The notes under the pieces are model-generated. The model saw nothing but the letters and a program-made list of their open reading frames with translations, was not told the DNA's origin and made no database searches. Positions 40,457 to 50,789 of a DNA stretch of 64,000 bases are shown here, one piece after another; within the stretch, counting starts at the first letter, position 1, and each line of letters starts with the position of its first letter. Position numbers and translations under genes: made by a program. The stretch lies in IMG/VR virus record IMGVR_UViG_3300032007_000033, positions 62,001 to 126,000 of that record. One strand, 5' to 3'. The DNA is from an uncultured virus (IMG/VR IMGVR_UViG_3300032007_000033). Its lineage: Duplodnaviria; Heunggongvirae; Uroviricota; Caudoviricetes.

Positions 40457-41473
40457 TTATGTCCAAAAAATATCATCTTCATTTTCACCACTTAATATTC
40501 TTTCTGCTTTTTCTGCAGACATTGTATGCTCAAGATAAAACTTTATTTCATCTAAAGAACAGTCATTCATATCAAATCCTTTCATTTCGTTGTTTTTCTT
40601 ATATTGTTTTGGACAGAATGTTACTCTCAAATTACCTTCATATTCTTCATGAAGTTTTCTCACCATAGTTAATCCACCCATGTCAAAGTCAGCAAAAAGA
40701 ATTAGATTTTTTACTTTTTGTAACATCTCTAATTTTTTATTAGTAATTTGATTTCCAAACGATGATATTATATTTTTATTTACACTCCAACCATGACCCA
40801 AATTTTTTATAGATTCTGTAAGTACGACAGGTTTTTCTAAATCAACATTTTCAAAATTATAAAGAAAATTTGAACTACAAGACTTCACATATTTAACTTT
40901 CGGAAACTCATTATTGAATGTTCGACATTCATAGTTCACAAGTTTTCCGTCTTTATAAATCGGTATGCAAATTCTGTTCTCCATAACTGTCGGCTTTTCA
41001 TCAGTGTTGTTCGCAATATTTTCTCCAATCATCTCGCAATATCGACAATATTTTACACCCTTTTCTTCAATAAACTCATTAGACCAACCGATTCCATGCA
41101 AGAAATCCATAACTTTATTGTCATAAAAAGGGTTGTAAAGTTTTCCATAAACAATCGGTTTAGTATATACAACTTCTTCTTTCTTTGGTTTCAACGATTT
41201 AGCAAACTCATAATTTACATCACCCCTATATTCCAACTTTTCGCCAAGTAATTTATTGAATGAAAAAATATTTACGGAACATCCGCATGCAAAACAATGA
41301 CCCACACCTTTAATCGTATCAAAAGAAAATGAACCTATATGTCTATCATCATGAGAAGGATTTGGACACAAACATTTTATAATATTCCCCTTTTTTTGAT
41401 ATTTTATACCGTGGGTTAGTAATAACTGTTCGACATCTTGAATCATAAAAAATCCTTGCTTTGTAGTCTGCAA
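40457..41473 (-). CDS. DNA primase (zinc-binding plus TOPRIM)
   Basis: CPNPSHDD..HCFACG, RICIPI, KY, VLTES, FADFD. Confidence 0.85.
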   Translation of the reverse strand: MQTTKQGFFMIQDVEQLLLTHGIKYQKKGNIIKCLCPNPSHDDRHIGSFSFDTIKGVGHCFACGCSVNIFSFNKLLGEKLEYRGDVNYEFAKSLKPKKEEVVYTKPIVYGKLYNPFYDNKVMDFLHGIGWSNEFIEEKGVKYCRYCEMIGENIANNTDEKPTVMENRICIPIYKDGKLVNYECRTFNNEFPKVKYVKSCSSNFLYNFENVDLEKPVVLTESIKNLGHGWSVNKNIISSFGNQITNKKLEMLQKVKNLILFADFDMGGLTMVRKLHEEYEGNLRVTFCPKQYKKNNEMKGFDMNDCSLDEIKFYLEHTMSAEKAERILSGENEDDIFWT

Positions 41474-41711
41474 GGATTTTAGCGCTTTTTTAAATGAATT
41501 TCAACAAATTTCCCAACTTTTTTCTTATATTTCGAAAATTTTTCCCTTGTATGTCGAATTGTAAGGAAGTTGGCTAGCCATTCCAAGGCCTCCTTGAATC
41601 TTCTTGACTTTGGACTTGGATTCTATAGCGTCGATTTCATCGCAGACTTCCAAAATTTCTTCGTCGGTCAAAAAGTCAGAGCAAAGGTTGAACACTCTCT
41701 CCAAACTTCCG

Positions 41712-41996
41712 CTATTCATTGAACTCGCTTCCCATGTCGATTGTTCCTTCGCTTTCGACGACCTCGACATTGGACTCCGCCACATCGGACTTCACGACAA
41801 GGAGGTTCTGCAAAGAAATAATCTTGGCGAACTGCTCCGCGCTCTCGATGATTGTATCCTTATATGTGCAGATTTCGATATCGTTGACTACAACCTTGTT
41901 TCTGTTCATCGGATTGGGTTTTGCCAATCTAACCTTTATAGGATAAACCCTTTTGTCTTGGCTTTTGCTAACGATTGTCTTGCTTTTCTTTCCCAT
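41712..41996 (-). CDS. hypothetical protein
   Basis: ORF with SD. Confidence 0.5.
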   Translation of the reverse strand: MGKKSKTIVSKSQDKRVYPIKVRLAKPNPMNRNKVVVNDIEICTYKDTIIESAEQFAKIISLQNLLVVKSDVAESNVEVVESEGTIDMGSEFNE

Positions 41997-42008
41997 GATA
42001 GCCTCTCC

Positions 42009-43661
42009 TTATTCCTCGTCTTTCTTGTCCTTGCTTTTGTCGTCGCCCTTGGCTTTACCCTTCGTGTAAGGCTTGCAAAGTTTGTCGAAGACTTCCCAAA
42101 ACTTGTTGGCCTTCTTGTTGAACTTCGCGTCGCTCGCGTTGCACCAATCAACCCAAGCGTTCAAAAGTTCATCGTCTCCGCTAGCGATGTCAAGAATTTT
42201 ATCGAAGTTCTTGGGGTCAATCTTGTCCTCAGACTTCAATGTTTCCTCAATCATGTCCAACATGTCGCCCAAACCTTCCACGGATTCCTTCAAAGACTCT
42301 TGAATTCCGTTGTCCTCCAAAATGTCCTTGAAAGCGTAATAAACGACATCTTTCTTGAAAGACACATCGTATTCCAACAAACCACCCTCGCCTTTAAGAA
42401 CATCGGTAACGACATAAGCCCATTCTTTTGACGGAAGTTGGCCGAAAATGAAAGTCTTGTCCTTTCCGTTATTTTTGATGATTAAATTCTTGCTAAACTC
42501 ATGCTCGATGAAGCCGTATTTGGTGTTGTATCCAAAATGAAGATTATCCACATTCACATAAGGCTCGTATTCTTCATTGTCTTCCTTCAAGGATTCGTTC
42601 AAATCCTTCTTATATTTGTCCAAGAAAGCCTTGATTTCCTCGTCGGTGCTATCGTCTCCGATTTTCTTCAATTCCGCCTTCACATATTCGAATCTTTCGG
42701 ACTCGTCCATGTCTTTTGCCACATTCCAAATGTCAGTCGGCAAAAATTCAAGTTTTTCCTTCAACTGAACCACTGTTCCTTTAGGAACGACCTCTCCTTC
42801 AATCAAATAATTTTTCGTCAAAGTTATCTTTTTCATTCCTTTATAATTAGATTTGACTCCCAATTCGTCATTCATGTTGTATTCGAGGCCTTTTCCATCA
42901 ACATCCAACTGATGTAATAAAATCAAGTCTCCGTTTTTATCCAAGTACATCGCATCCGTTGCATTGTCAAAAATATACTGTTGATTGAACTTGTTTCCCT
43001 TAAAAGTCATTACTTTGTTTTTTATCTCAAGTTCAATTCCAGCCAATTTAGCCAACTCAACACAATCTTCCTCGTTGTCATAAGGGTCGATTGCATCATA
43101 CCTACTGTTCGGTGTCTTTTTCATTCCTTTCTTCTCCTTAATATCCATAAATTCGAAATTGTTTTTATATCCGCAAGCGTTCAATATTTTCACGCCTTCA
43201 TTGTATGTATAAGGATATATGTTGTTCACCCAAAGAATGTCGAGTTTTTCCTCCAAGTCCTTCAATTGCTCTTTTGTCAAAGAACCCCCTTTCTCTTCAT
43301 ACACTCCGATATAGAACTCAACATCGTCGCAAACCCTATCCAACCTAACATAATCCGCATAACTTCTTTCCATCAATCTTCTAAATTCGTCCGCGCTATG
43401 CGGAACCTTGCTTTTCCATACATTTATCTTGTGGGCTTCGTTGTCTTCGTCCGAAACCATTGACAAATATGTGCCGACTTTAGACGAACGACATTTTCCA
43501 TGACCTTCTCCGTCCTTAGCCTTAATTCGTCTGCAAGCCTTCTTAATGGCCTCAATGTCGCCCTTCACATTGTAGGACTCTCCGCCTTCAATCGAAATTA
43601 TCCAATTGTCTCCGTCAAGATGCTTTATCGACATTGGGATTAATCGTCTGTTATCTTCCAT
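42009..43661 (-). CDS. multi-domain probable internal head (poly)protein
   Basis: Start at 43661 (SD GGAG); internal NESLKE/QESLKES linkers and MKKITLTKNYLIEG motif. Confidence 0.55.
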   Translation of the reverse strand: MEDNRRLIPMSIKHLDGDNWIISIEGGESYNVKGDIEAIKKACRRIKAKDGEGHGKCRSSKVGTYLSMVSDEDNEAHKINVWKSKVPHSADEFRRLMERSYADYVRLDRVCDDVEFYIGVYEEKGGSLTKEQLKDLEEKLDILWVNNIYPYTYNEGVKILNACGYKNNFEFMDIKEKKGMKKTPNSRYDAIDPYDNEEDCVELAKLAGIELEIKNKVMTFKGNKFNQQYIFDNATDAMYLDKNGDLILLHQLDVDGKGLEYNMNDELGVKSNYKGMKKITLTKNYLIEGEVVPKGTVVQLKEKLEFLPTDIWNVAKDMDESERFEYVKAELKKIGDDSTDEEIKAFLDKYKKDLNESLKEDNEEYEPYVNVDNLHFGYNTKYGFIEHEFSKNLIIKNNGKDKTFIFGQLPSKEWAYVVTDVLKGEGGLLEYDVSFKKDVVYYAFKDILEDNGIQESLKESVEGLGDMLDMIEETLKSEDKIDPKNFDKILDIASGDDELLNAWVDWCNASDAKFNKKANKFWEVFDKLCKPYTKGKAKGDDKSKDKKDEE

Positions 43662-43707
43662 AATATTTTCTCCGAACAAATTGAGTTTGCTTAAAATAGT
43701 TAAAGTT

Positions 43708-43986
43708 TCAAGCGGACTTCGCCAACTCCTTGAATTTGTCGAAATCTTCCTTCGAAATCTCAACTCCATCTATCTCCATTCCATCGAAGGAGTCGTCCAA
43801 TTCAACGGTGTATTCATCGAAAGTCTCCATGTCTATGCCGTCTATTGTGAACTTTTGGGTTCTTTTGTCATACAACATCGATATGTTGTCCGAAATCTCC
43901 CATTCCACCACATCGCTTTCCTCGCACAAAATGTTCGGAAACTCCATCTTCTTGAAATCCACATTAGGGTCGGCTCTCATAGGCAA
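43708..43986 (-). CDS. hypothetical acidic protein
   Basis: ORF with GGAGG SD. Confidence 0.5.
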   Translation of the reverse strand: MPMRADPNVDFKKMEFPNILCEESDVVEWEISDNISMLYDKRTQKFTIDGIDMETFDEYTVELDDSFDGMEIDGVEISKEDFDKFKELAKSA

Positions 43987-44046
43987 AAATTCCTCCGAAT
44001 TTTTTTATTTGACTTATATTATCTTATTTCAATCCGCAATTCAAGT

Positions 44047-44775
44047 TCAATATTTCAATATACCCATTTTCATGAGATAAGAAATTAGATTCAACATGTG
44101 TTTGTCGAAGAATGGGAATTGAATCTCGTCGTTCGGAACATCCCAATGAAGTTTGCCGTACAAACAAGAAAACTTCTTCATCACATAAAAATCCCTAAAA
44201 TAAGCGTCAAGCATTATTCCTAATTCTCTACTGCAATAGTCTCCGACATCAAGGTATGTCGCACGTTTTTTTATCTTCTCAATTTCTTTTTTAATCATCT
44301 CCGCCTTTTGCTTTTGTGGAAGTTTGGTGTATTTCTTTTCCAATCTTTCCCTAGTGGATTTGAATATCGTCTTGACTTTGCTTTGCGGAACAACCTTCGG
44401 ATATTTCTTTTGGCTTCCGATTCTCCAAACTATAGGAGAAGTCCAATAATTGTATTCTCCATTCTCATCCTTTCCTATGCAACAAATTATGTCGTATTGG
44501 TGTCTAATCTTTCTTTGCTTTTTGGCGTTTCTACTTTTCACATTAATATATGGGGGATAATTTGGAAACGATTCAGTCCTAATATACAGACGCTCGGTGG
44601 GAGTCATTGTGGAATTTTCTTTATTGCGCTTGTACACGACGCGTCTTTCGATTTTCACTTTAGTTTTCAAAACATCGCGCTCCATATTCTCAAACCTACT
44701 TCTAGTATGTGGATTGGAATATGTGTATTGATAAATTTGAGAAATCGATGGTGTTCTTTCTGTAAACTCGACCAT
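44047..44775 (-). CDS. basic hypothetical protein
   Basis: ORF; probable leaderless ATG 5 nt after CAACTATTT. Confidence 0.55.
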   Translation of the reverse strand: MVEFTERTPSISQIYQYTYSNPHTRSRFENMERDVLKTKVKIERRVVYKRNKENSTMTPTERLYIRTESFPNYPPYINVKSRNAKKQRKIRHQYDIICCIGKDENGEYNYWTSPIVWRIGSQKKYPKVVPQSKVKTIFKSTRERLEKKYTKLPQKQKAEMIKKEIEKIKKRATYLDVGDYCSRELGIMLDAYFRDFYVMKKFSCLYGKLHWDVPNDEIQFPFFDKHMLNLISYLMKMGILKY

Positions 44776-45109
44776 AATCAAAATAGTTGAAAAATAAAAA
44801 GCGTCCGCGAATCAGACGGACGCTCCTTAAAAAAATAAAAAATCTAGCGGACTACTTGGAAGTCTTTCCGAACTTCACTCCGCGCATGAAAATCTCGTAA
44901 GCCTTCTTCTTTCCGCAAGAGCGGACGGCTCCCTTGTACTCGTCCTTCGACACGAACTTCTCGAACGCGCTTTGCGAAGGCGACATCACGGCTTTTTTCA
45001 CTTGGGTTTTCTTTCCCAATCCAACGCTTTTCTTCATGTTTGTCTTCATGTTTTCTCCTTGGCTCATTTCCGAGCCTTAATAGAACAATACAACATTTAT
45101 GCAAAAATG

Positions 45110-45745
45110 TCAAGTCTCTTTGCTATTTTTCTTGGCCTTCCATTCCTCCCTCGTCTTTTTAGCCCACTCTCTCTGCTTCCGTTTCCTTTCCTCAATCTCG
45201 TCTTTATGCTCTTCCTTCCATCTCTCCCTATTTTCCTTGGCTCTTTGCTTTTCCATTTCCTTTCTCTCCGATTGGGTCATATAACGATTAACGGTGTTAG
45301 GCAAAGAATTTTCCTCAACCAACCGACCCAACTCCTTCACTTCCTCCAACGAATACGACTCGATTGGCCGACTGTAGTCGCCGACCAACACGAAGAAGGC
45401 GTTCCTAGCGTCGACCGCCCATTCGGTGTTTCGCAGAGCCATCCCCAAATAATAATGAGCCAAAACATGGTATAAGATTCGAAGTTTGCACACATTGTCT
45501 AAAGGCGAGTATTTTTCGTCCAACTTGTCTATGGTGTGGTAACGGTTTTTCTTCTCTATGGAATCGTCAACTGTCTTGTACAGAAAGGAGCAGAAAAAAT
45601 GATGGTAATTGAATTTGTCGCTTTTCGTGGGATTTAAGAAACTCTGTTTATAAATGTTTGTATAAGCATCGAACCAAACCTTGGAATTCTCGTCGTTCGG
45701 AACGATTCCTTTGAATATTTCCCCTATTCGCTCGTCTGAATACAT
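45110..45745 (-). CDS. degenerate HNH-type endonuclease-like protein
   Basis: YHHF...DNVCKLRILYHVLAHYYL resembles the HNH HH..NL..L...H..AH pattern. Confidence 0.5.
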   Translation of the reverse strand: MYSDERIGEIFKGIVPNDENSKVWFDAYTNIYKQSFLNPTKSDKFNYHHFFCSFLYKTVDDSIEKKNRYHTIDKLDEKYSPLDNVCKLRILYHVLAHYYLGMALRNTEWAVDARNAFFVLVGDYSRPIESYSLEEVKELGRLVEENSLPNTVNRYMTQSERKEMEKQRAKENRERWKEEHKDEIEERKRKQREWAKKTREEWKAKKNSKET

Positions 45746-45809
45746 CTCGTCTCCTTAAAAGAAAAATCGCCCACATAGTAGGCGATTTCTCAGATAAATT
45801 CAATAAGAA

Positions 45810-46199
45810 TTAATCAGATTCCGCGTTTTTATTTCTCCAATCATAATCAAAATTTATGATTGGAAAACCTTTTCGTCTGCTGAAACACCAATTGAAAACT
45901 CTATCAAGCAATAAGCCGTCTTCGTAATCTCCGTAAATCGTGTCAAATCTAAAGCCGTCAAAATATGCTTGCACTTCATCCCAATATTTTTCATTGGATT
46001 TGTCAAAAAATTCAGACACTTCCATATCATATGTATCTTGGGTGAAATTGTTCGCGGTGAAATAAACAAATGACACGCTTAAATAATTGAAACCGTTATT
46101 AAAATGAATGCATAATCCATTCAATCCACCGTACTGTTTCCAATGAGCATTTGTCTTTTCCGCAATTTTAACAATATCTTTAACTTTAATATCCGCCAT
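45810..46199 (-). CDS. hypothetical protein
   Basis: ORF with SD and downstream terminator. Confidence 0.55.
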   Translation of the reverse strand: MADIKVKDIVKIAEKTNAHWKQYGGLNGLCIHFNNGFNYLSVSFVYFTANNFTQDTYDMEVSEFFDKSNEKYWDEVQAYFDGFRFDTIYGDYEDGLLLDRVFNWCFSRRKGFPIINFDYDWRNKNAESD

Positions 46200-46341
46200 A
46201 TCTCAATCACCTCTCTATTGAATCATTCCGTAAATGATGTTTATTACCCATTGGTACTCACATGTCAATCCATTGGGACAACTCCGCCTCACCCTCGTCA
46301 ACGAAAAATCGCTCTCTCTCCCATTCTTCGTCTGTGCACAA

Positions 46342-47325
46342 TCAAAGTTCTCCAAAAACAAAATCGCAACTGCCATACATAGGCTCGGCATACCAACCAT
46401 TCTTTTTGGCCAACTTGTCAATCGCTTGTTTGCCCAACGAATAATCGTCGAACATGTCGAGAACACCTTGATTGTCATAAACCACGATTGTTCCGTCATC
46501 CTCAACCCTATATTTGAATGAGAACAAAGGACCATACTTTTTATAAAAAGAATAATCGTTCATGTCGATGTTCTCATGGCAATAGTCGTTCAACTCATTC
46601 ACAAACTTGGCCACATTCTTTTCGTTGATTGGTTTCACGGATTCTTTCAGACTTTTTCTTGATGGTTTTCTTTTAGATTCCGCCAAATAAATTGTTTTCT
46701 TCTTGCCGTTAGTTACATCGATGATTTTATAAACATTTGCGTCATTTTCCAAATCAACAATATCATTTCTTGTAACATCATCAAGATAATCCGTAGGAGT
46801 GTCGTCCCAATATACAATTTTTACATCAATGCCTTCTTTCAGACTTTTTCTAGTAGATTTCTTTTTAGATTCCGCCAATGAAAAATCCATAGGATGAGTA
46901 TCGCAAGTCAAATAAATGGCGAATCCAAAATTCCACATTTCATCTTGTTCATAAACATCGCCGTTAATTCTAATCACACACTCATTGTTAGACAAACTTT
47001 CAACATCGCCCATTAATCCGCCAATATTAAAAACAAGGTCGATTCTATTTCCTACAGAATTGTGAGCGATATGAATGGCGTTGCCGTCGAGAACTCCCAA
47101 CTTTGACAAGCGAACCGCTTTTTTAATCTCATCTTCAACTGTATCAACATCGGTGTCGTATCCTTCGGATTCAAACAAAGAATTGAGCGTTTTCTCGTCC
47201 ACAATCTTTCCATTGAAAAAATATTCAATGTGATGCACATTTTTCACCACCCATTTACCCCAAGTAGTCCTATCAATTTCTTCTTTAATTGCGTCATTAA
47301 AATTACTATTAACATATTTTGCCAT
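46342..47325 (-). CDS. multi-domain probable internal head protein
   Basis: Duplicated linker LAESK(K/R)K(ST/PS)RKSLKE. Confidence 0.55.
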   Translation of the reverse strand: MAKYVNSNFNDAIKEEIDRTTWGKWVVKNVHHIEYFFNGKIVDEKTLNSLFESEGYDTDVDTVEDEIKKAVRLSKLGVLDGNAIHIAHNSVGNRIDLVFNIGGLMGDVESLSNNECVIRINGDVYEQDEMWNFGFAIYLTCDTHPMDFSLAESKKKSTRKSLKEGIDVKIVYWDDTPTDYLDDVTRNDIVDLENDANVYKIIDVTNGKKKTIYLAESKRKPSRKSLKESVKPINEKNVAKFVNELNDYCHENIDMNDYSFYKKYGPLFSFKYRVEDDGTIVVYDNQGVLDMFDDYSLGKQAIDKLAKKNGWYAEPMYGSCDFVFGEL

Positions 47326-47357
47326 AATTTTATTCTCCTCTTATAGGTTTTCTTCAA

Positions 47358-47690
47358 TTACGAAATGTTGGCGTAAACTATATCAAATCCGAAAGTATAT
47401 TCTCCGTTTAATCTATTTGGACAACTCCAAGCAAATATAATTTCATTATCCTTTAATTCCAAAGAATAAGGAACATAAGGAGGGATTCCTTTTACAAATT
47501 CAGCAAGAGTATCTGATTTATAAATCTTGTCCAACCAAGACTTAGTCCATTCATTTGCTTTTTTCCAAGTTTCGTCTGTAATTTTCTTTGATTTCCATGA
47601 TTCAACTCCATCTTCATCATAAAAACCTCTAAACCCATGTGAAGCACCAGCATAAATTTGAACATCTCTGAAATCCACATTAAATGTCAT
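47358..47690 (-). CDS. hypothetical protein
   Basis: ORF with GGAGG SD and YAACTAT motif. Confidence 0.55.
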   Translation of the reverse strand: MTFNVDFRDVQIYAGASHGFRGFYDEDGVESWKSKKITDETWKKANEWTKSWLDKIYKSDTLAEFVKGIPPYVPYSLELKDNEIIFAWSCPNRLNGEYTFGFDIVYANIS

Positions 47691-47739
47691 AATTTTATTT
47701 CCTCCTACTGTTAAACCGTTTCCTTGATGAATAAAATAG

Positions 47740-48048
47740 TTAAATCAACTTATCGCTCCAATCGTTCCGTCGTTCGTAACTATCAAGTCCTTTGTCGAAA
47801 ATTTCCTTAATCATTCCAACCCATTCGTCCACGGAATAATCGGAGAATTTTCTAGTTTCAATCGAATTGTCCGTGTAATGAAGAATGGTGTCCGTCAAGT
47901 CGTCCTCCGACCACACCTCGACAAACCCTTGGTCAAAGTTGAGCACCACATCCTTAATTCCAAGTTTATCTAATTTATTTCGCAACTGCTTGTTTCTAAT
48001 ATCTTTCATAAAATTATCTCCTATAATCAAGATAGTTATATGATACAA
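47740..48048 (-). CDS. hypothetical protein
   Basis: ORF; SD before the internal Met (MKDIRN). Confidence 0.5.
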   Translation of the reverse strand: MYHITILIIGDNFMKDIRNKQLRNKLDKLGIKDVVLNFDQGFVEVWSEDDLTDTILHYTDNSIETRKFSDYSVDEWVGMIKEIFDKGLDSYERRNDWSDKLI

Positions 48049-48105
48049 TAAATTAATTTATTTGTCAAGGAAAATTATCAACAATTTTTTATAACTATTT
48101 GTCTT

Positions 48106-48294
48106 ATGAAGAGATTAAAAGAAAAAGCGCAGTTGGAATTCAATTGCAAAACAATAAACCAACTCATTGATGTTCTTGAAGATATTAGAACCGTCATGGG
48201 CGGAAACACGAAGGTTGGGAGAACCAACAATTTGAAACCCAACATAGATGTTCAATTGTTCAACTATGGCGACGGAATAGTGATTTTGAATTAG
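48106..48294 (+). CDS. small protein, probably leaderless
   Basis: ATG 5 nt after TAACTATTT; MKRLKE N-terminus. Confidence 0.5.
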   Translation: MKRLKEKAQLEFNCKTINQLIDVLEDIRTVMGGNTKVGRTNNLKPNIDVQLFNYGDGIVILN

Positions 48295-48296
48295 AT

Positions 48297-48983
48297 ATGA
48301 TTTGCTTTGATGATAAAGAATTGCAAGATTTTACCCTTTCTCTTTATAATAAATATTTTTATGATTTACCTTTTAATCTTAAAAATATAAAATTCGCTCA
48401 TATGAAAGAAGATTCTGTATTGGGATACACTCATTCTGAATCAAAGAAAGGAAAACAACTTATTAATGATATTGATAATGAAATTACAAGCAATATATTT
48501 ATTTCAAAAGGATACATTGGAATAGATTGTACTTCTACGGTATTACATGAGATGTGCCATGCTTATGTCGATACTAATTTTTTTGATATTGAATGGGAAA
48601 ATAATGCAAATCATAAAGGCTTATGGGTTGAAATAACAGAACTAATTTCTAAAAGAAGTGGAATTAATTGTTTTTGGTCTGCGGATATTGATACAAGAAA
48701 AGTAACTGCAAAAGATGTCGTTGAAAAAACTATGGAAAAATCAAAACAACTGTATAATTTTTTCAACAAAATAGACGATATTCATTGTCAACATGATATA
48801 AAAACAATGATGAAATATGAAGATACGAAAGAATTCCTCCAACTTTTAATGGAAGAAAAAGATTCTGATTGGAAAAAATATTGGAACAGATTAAAAGAAT
48901 GGGAGAACGCTGATTTTGAATATTGGAAGAATAGCAAAGAAGGCGTTTCTTGGCTATTCTATATTGCTTTTGGCGATTTATAA
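48297..48983 (+). CDS. SprT-like zinc metalloprotease
   Basis: TVLHEMCHAY (HExxH) plus downstream HKGLW. Confidence 0.75.
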   Translation: MICFDDKELQDFTLSLYNKYFYDLPFNLKNIKFAHMKEDSVLGYTHSESKKGKQLINDIDNEITSNIFISKGYIGIDCTSTVLHEMCHAYVDTNFFDIEWENNANHKGLWVEITELISKRSGINCFWSADIDTRKVTAKDVVEKTMEKSKQLYNFFNKIDDIHCQHDIKTMMKYEDTKEFLQLLMEEKDSDWKKYWNRLKEWENADFEYWKNSKEGVSWLFYIAFGDL

Positions 48984-49709
48984 TCCAAAAATATCTTCTT
49001 TAAAATTATCTACATAATTTCCATTATGTTCTATTCTGTTCTTCGCTATCTCAAAATACTTTGGGTCTATCTCGCAACCTATAAAATTTCTATTCAACAT
49101 CTTGCTTGCTATTCCGCAACTTCCAATTCCCATAAATGGGTCGATTACGGTGTCGCCTTCATTCGTTGAATTTTCCACAAGAATCTTCATCAATTCAATC
49201 GGCTTTTCGGTGTCGTGCAAATTGTGACCGTCCTTGTCCTTCAATTTCTTGATTGGAATCGAAAGGATGTCGGAAGTTCCGCAATTGTTTATGGGTCGGT
49301 CGCCTCCCTTGCGGAACAAACAGATGTACTCGAATTGGTTCATATAATAGCGACCGCAAATCTTGGATTGCTTATCCCAAATCAAGCACTTCACGAAATG
49401 GAAACCGACCTTTTCCGCCTCGTTCAACATCTCTCGAAGATTGATGTTGTTTATCATTATGTAGCAATGGGTTCTTTCCTTCAAAATGCGATAAAAATGC
49501 GGAAGGTAGTCGCTAGGCTTGAGTGAATTGTTTTCGAATATTTTTCCTTTCCTAGCGATATCGGATTTCCAATATCCGCTCATCGTGCCACATCCTCCGC
49601 GAGAAGTAACGGGATAAGCGACATCGGAGCAAACTAAGTCTACCGAATTATCGGCCACCTCCCCCATCACCTTCAAACAATCTTCGTTGAACAATTTTAT
49701 TTCAGACAT
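48978..49709 (-). CDS. DNA methyltransferase (N6/N4, beta class)
   Basis: SDVAY (variant motif IV), HDTEKP, VIDPFMGIGS, FIGCEID. Confidence 0.85.
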   Translation of the reverse strand: MSEIKLFNEDCLKVMGEVADNSVDLVCSDVAYPVTSRGGCGTMSGYWKSDIARKGKIFENNSLKPSDYLPHFYRILKERTHCYIMINNINLREMLNEAEKVGFHFVKCLIWDKQSKICGRYYMNQFEYICLFRKGGDRPINNCGTSDILSIPIKKLKDKDGHNLHDTEKPIELMKILVENSTNEGDTVIDPFMGIGSCGIASKMLNRNFIGCEIDPKYFEIAKNRIEHNGNYVDNFKEDIFGL

Positions 49710-50718
49710 TTCCTTCCTCTCTGTACCCAATTTCATAAATCCTCTTCGACTTCAACCCTTCCGCGTAATCCTTCATGCTCTCCACCTCATCTGCGTTTAT
49801 TCCGCAAGCGTTGGAGTGTCCACTCGCGTGGTTTAAATTCAACAAGTCGAACTCTCTGCTACGAAGGCTTATCTTCGGCTCGTCTTGGTCGTAGTCGTTC
49901 ACAATCACGCAGTAGTCGAGTTTCTTGTATTTCTCCAAAATCCTAGACGCTATCGCGCTCACCTTGCTCTTGCAAGAGAAGACGCAAAAGTACCTTCCTT
50001 GTGAGTCTTTTCTCGTGCTAATTTCCTTGGACGCGTTTCTTATCAAGTTCTCGAATATCTCGTTCTCTTTGTTGATGTCGCCTTGTATCTTCTCCGTCTC
50101 CCAAGCCACGAACTTGAAGTCGTTCATGTTCTGCGTTTTCCAAACCATCGAGTTTATGAATGTCTCGTAGGCGGATATTCTGTCGGTAGGATTGGACTTC
50201 AAAATGTACCACTTTGCGGACGAGTAGAGCAACCGATTAAGTTTATCGGCTTCGGAAAACAAAGGCGACCCTTTCTTGTATAAGTCGTATGTATCGGTCA
50301 ACTCGACGATATAATCCGACACCTTGTTTCCTTCATAGCCTTGCGACTTTAGCCACTCATAGTACAACTTCGTTCCGCACTTCTCGTTGTCAAATATGTA
50401 CTCCGCGTTGGGATAGGACTTCGTGAATTCCTCCATCGGCTCCTTGACGCTTTCGTGGTGGTCTATGACAAGGCACTTGATTCCTTTTTCCTTGATGATT
50501 TCCTTCGCCCTATCGTTGGGGCTAAAGTCCGTGTACACCACAGTTTCGTACAGTCCGCTAGACAAGTCGGAATTCTCTAATTCCTCTCCATAGTTGGTCA
50601 TGATTTCCTTGGAATAGTTTATCTGAAAAAATCTGTTGAGGGCGATGGGGATGCTGCCGTCGCAATCTATGTGGCTTATGAATAACGCTTTGTCTAAATT
50701 AATTTCATTCAACTTCAT
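49702..50718 (-). CDS. DHH-family phosphoesterase
   Basis: SHIDCDG, YTDFS, IDHH, SLRS, SGHSNACG. Confidence 0.85.
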   Translation of the reverse strand: MKLNEINLDKALFISHIDCDGSIPIALNRFFQINYSKEIMTNYGEELENSDLSSGLYETVVYTDFSPNDRAKEIIKEKGIKCLVIDHHESVKEPMEEFTKSYPNAEYIFDNEKCGTKLYYEWLKSQGYEGNKVSDYIVELTDTYDLYKKGSPLFSEADKLNRLLYSSAKWYILKSNPTDRISAYETFINSMVWKTQNMNDFKFVAWETEKIQGDINKENEIFENLIRNASKEISTRKDSQGRYFCVFSCKSKVSAIASRILEKYKKLDYCVIVNDYDQDEPKISLRSREFDLLNLNHASGHSNACGINADEVESMKDYAEGLKSKRIYEIGYREEGNV

Positions 50719-50789
50719 ATAAAAATATCCTTGCAGTTTGTTTCAAGGCAAGGATAGCACAATGAAAATTATTTTTCAAGCGTTTTGGA

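Noticed and set aside
41604..42431. 275-aa plus-strand ORF
   Set aside because: Antisense to well-supported minus-strand genes, with no motif.
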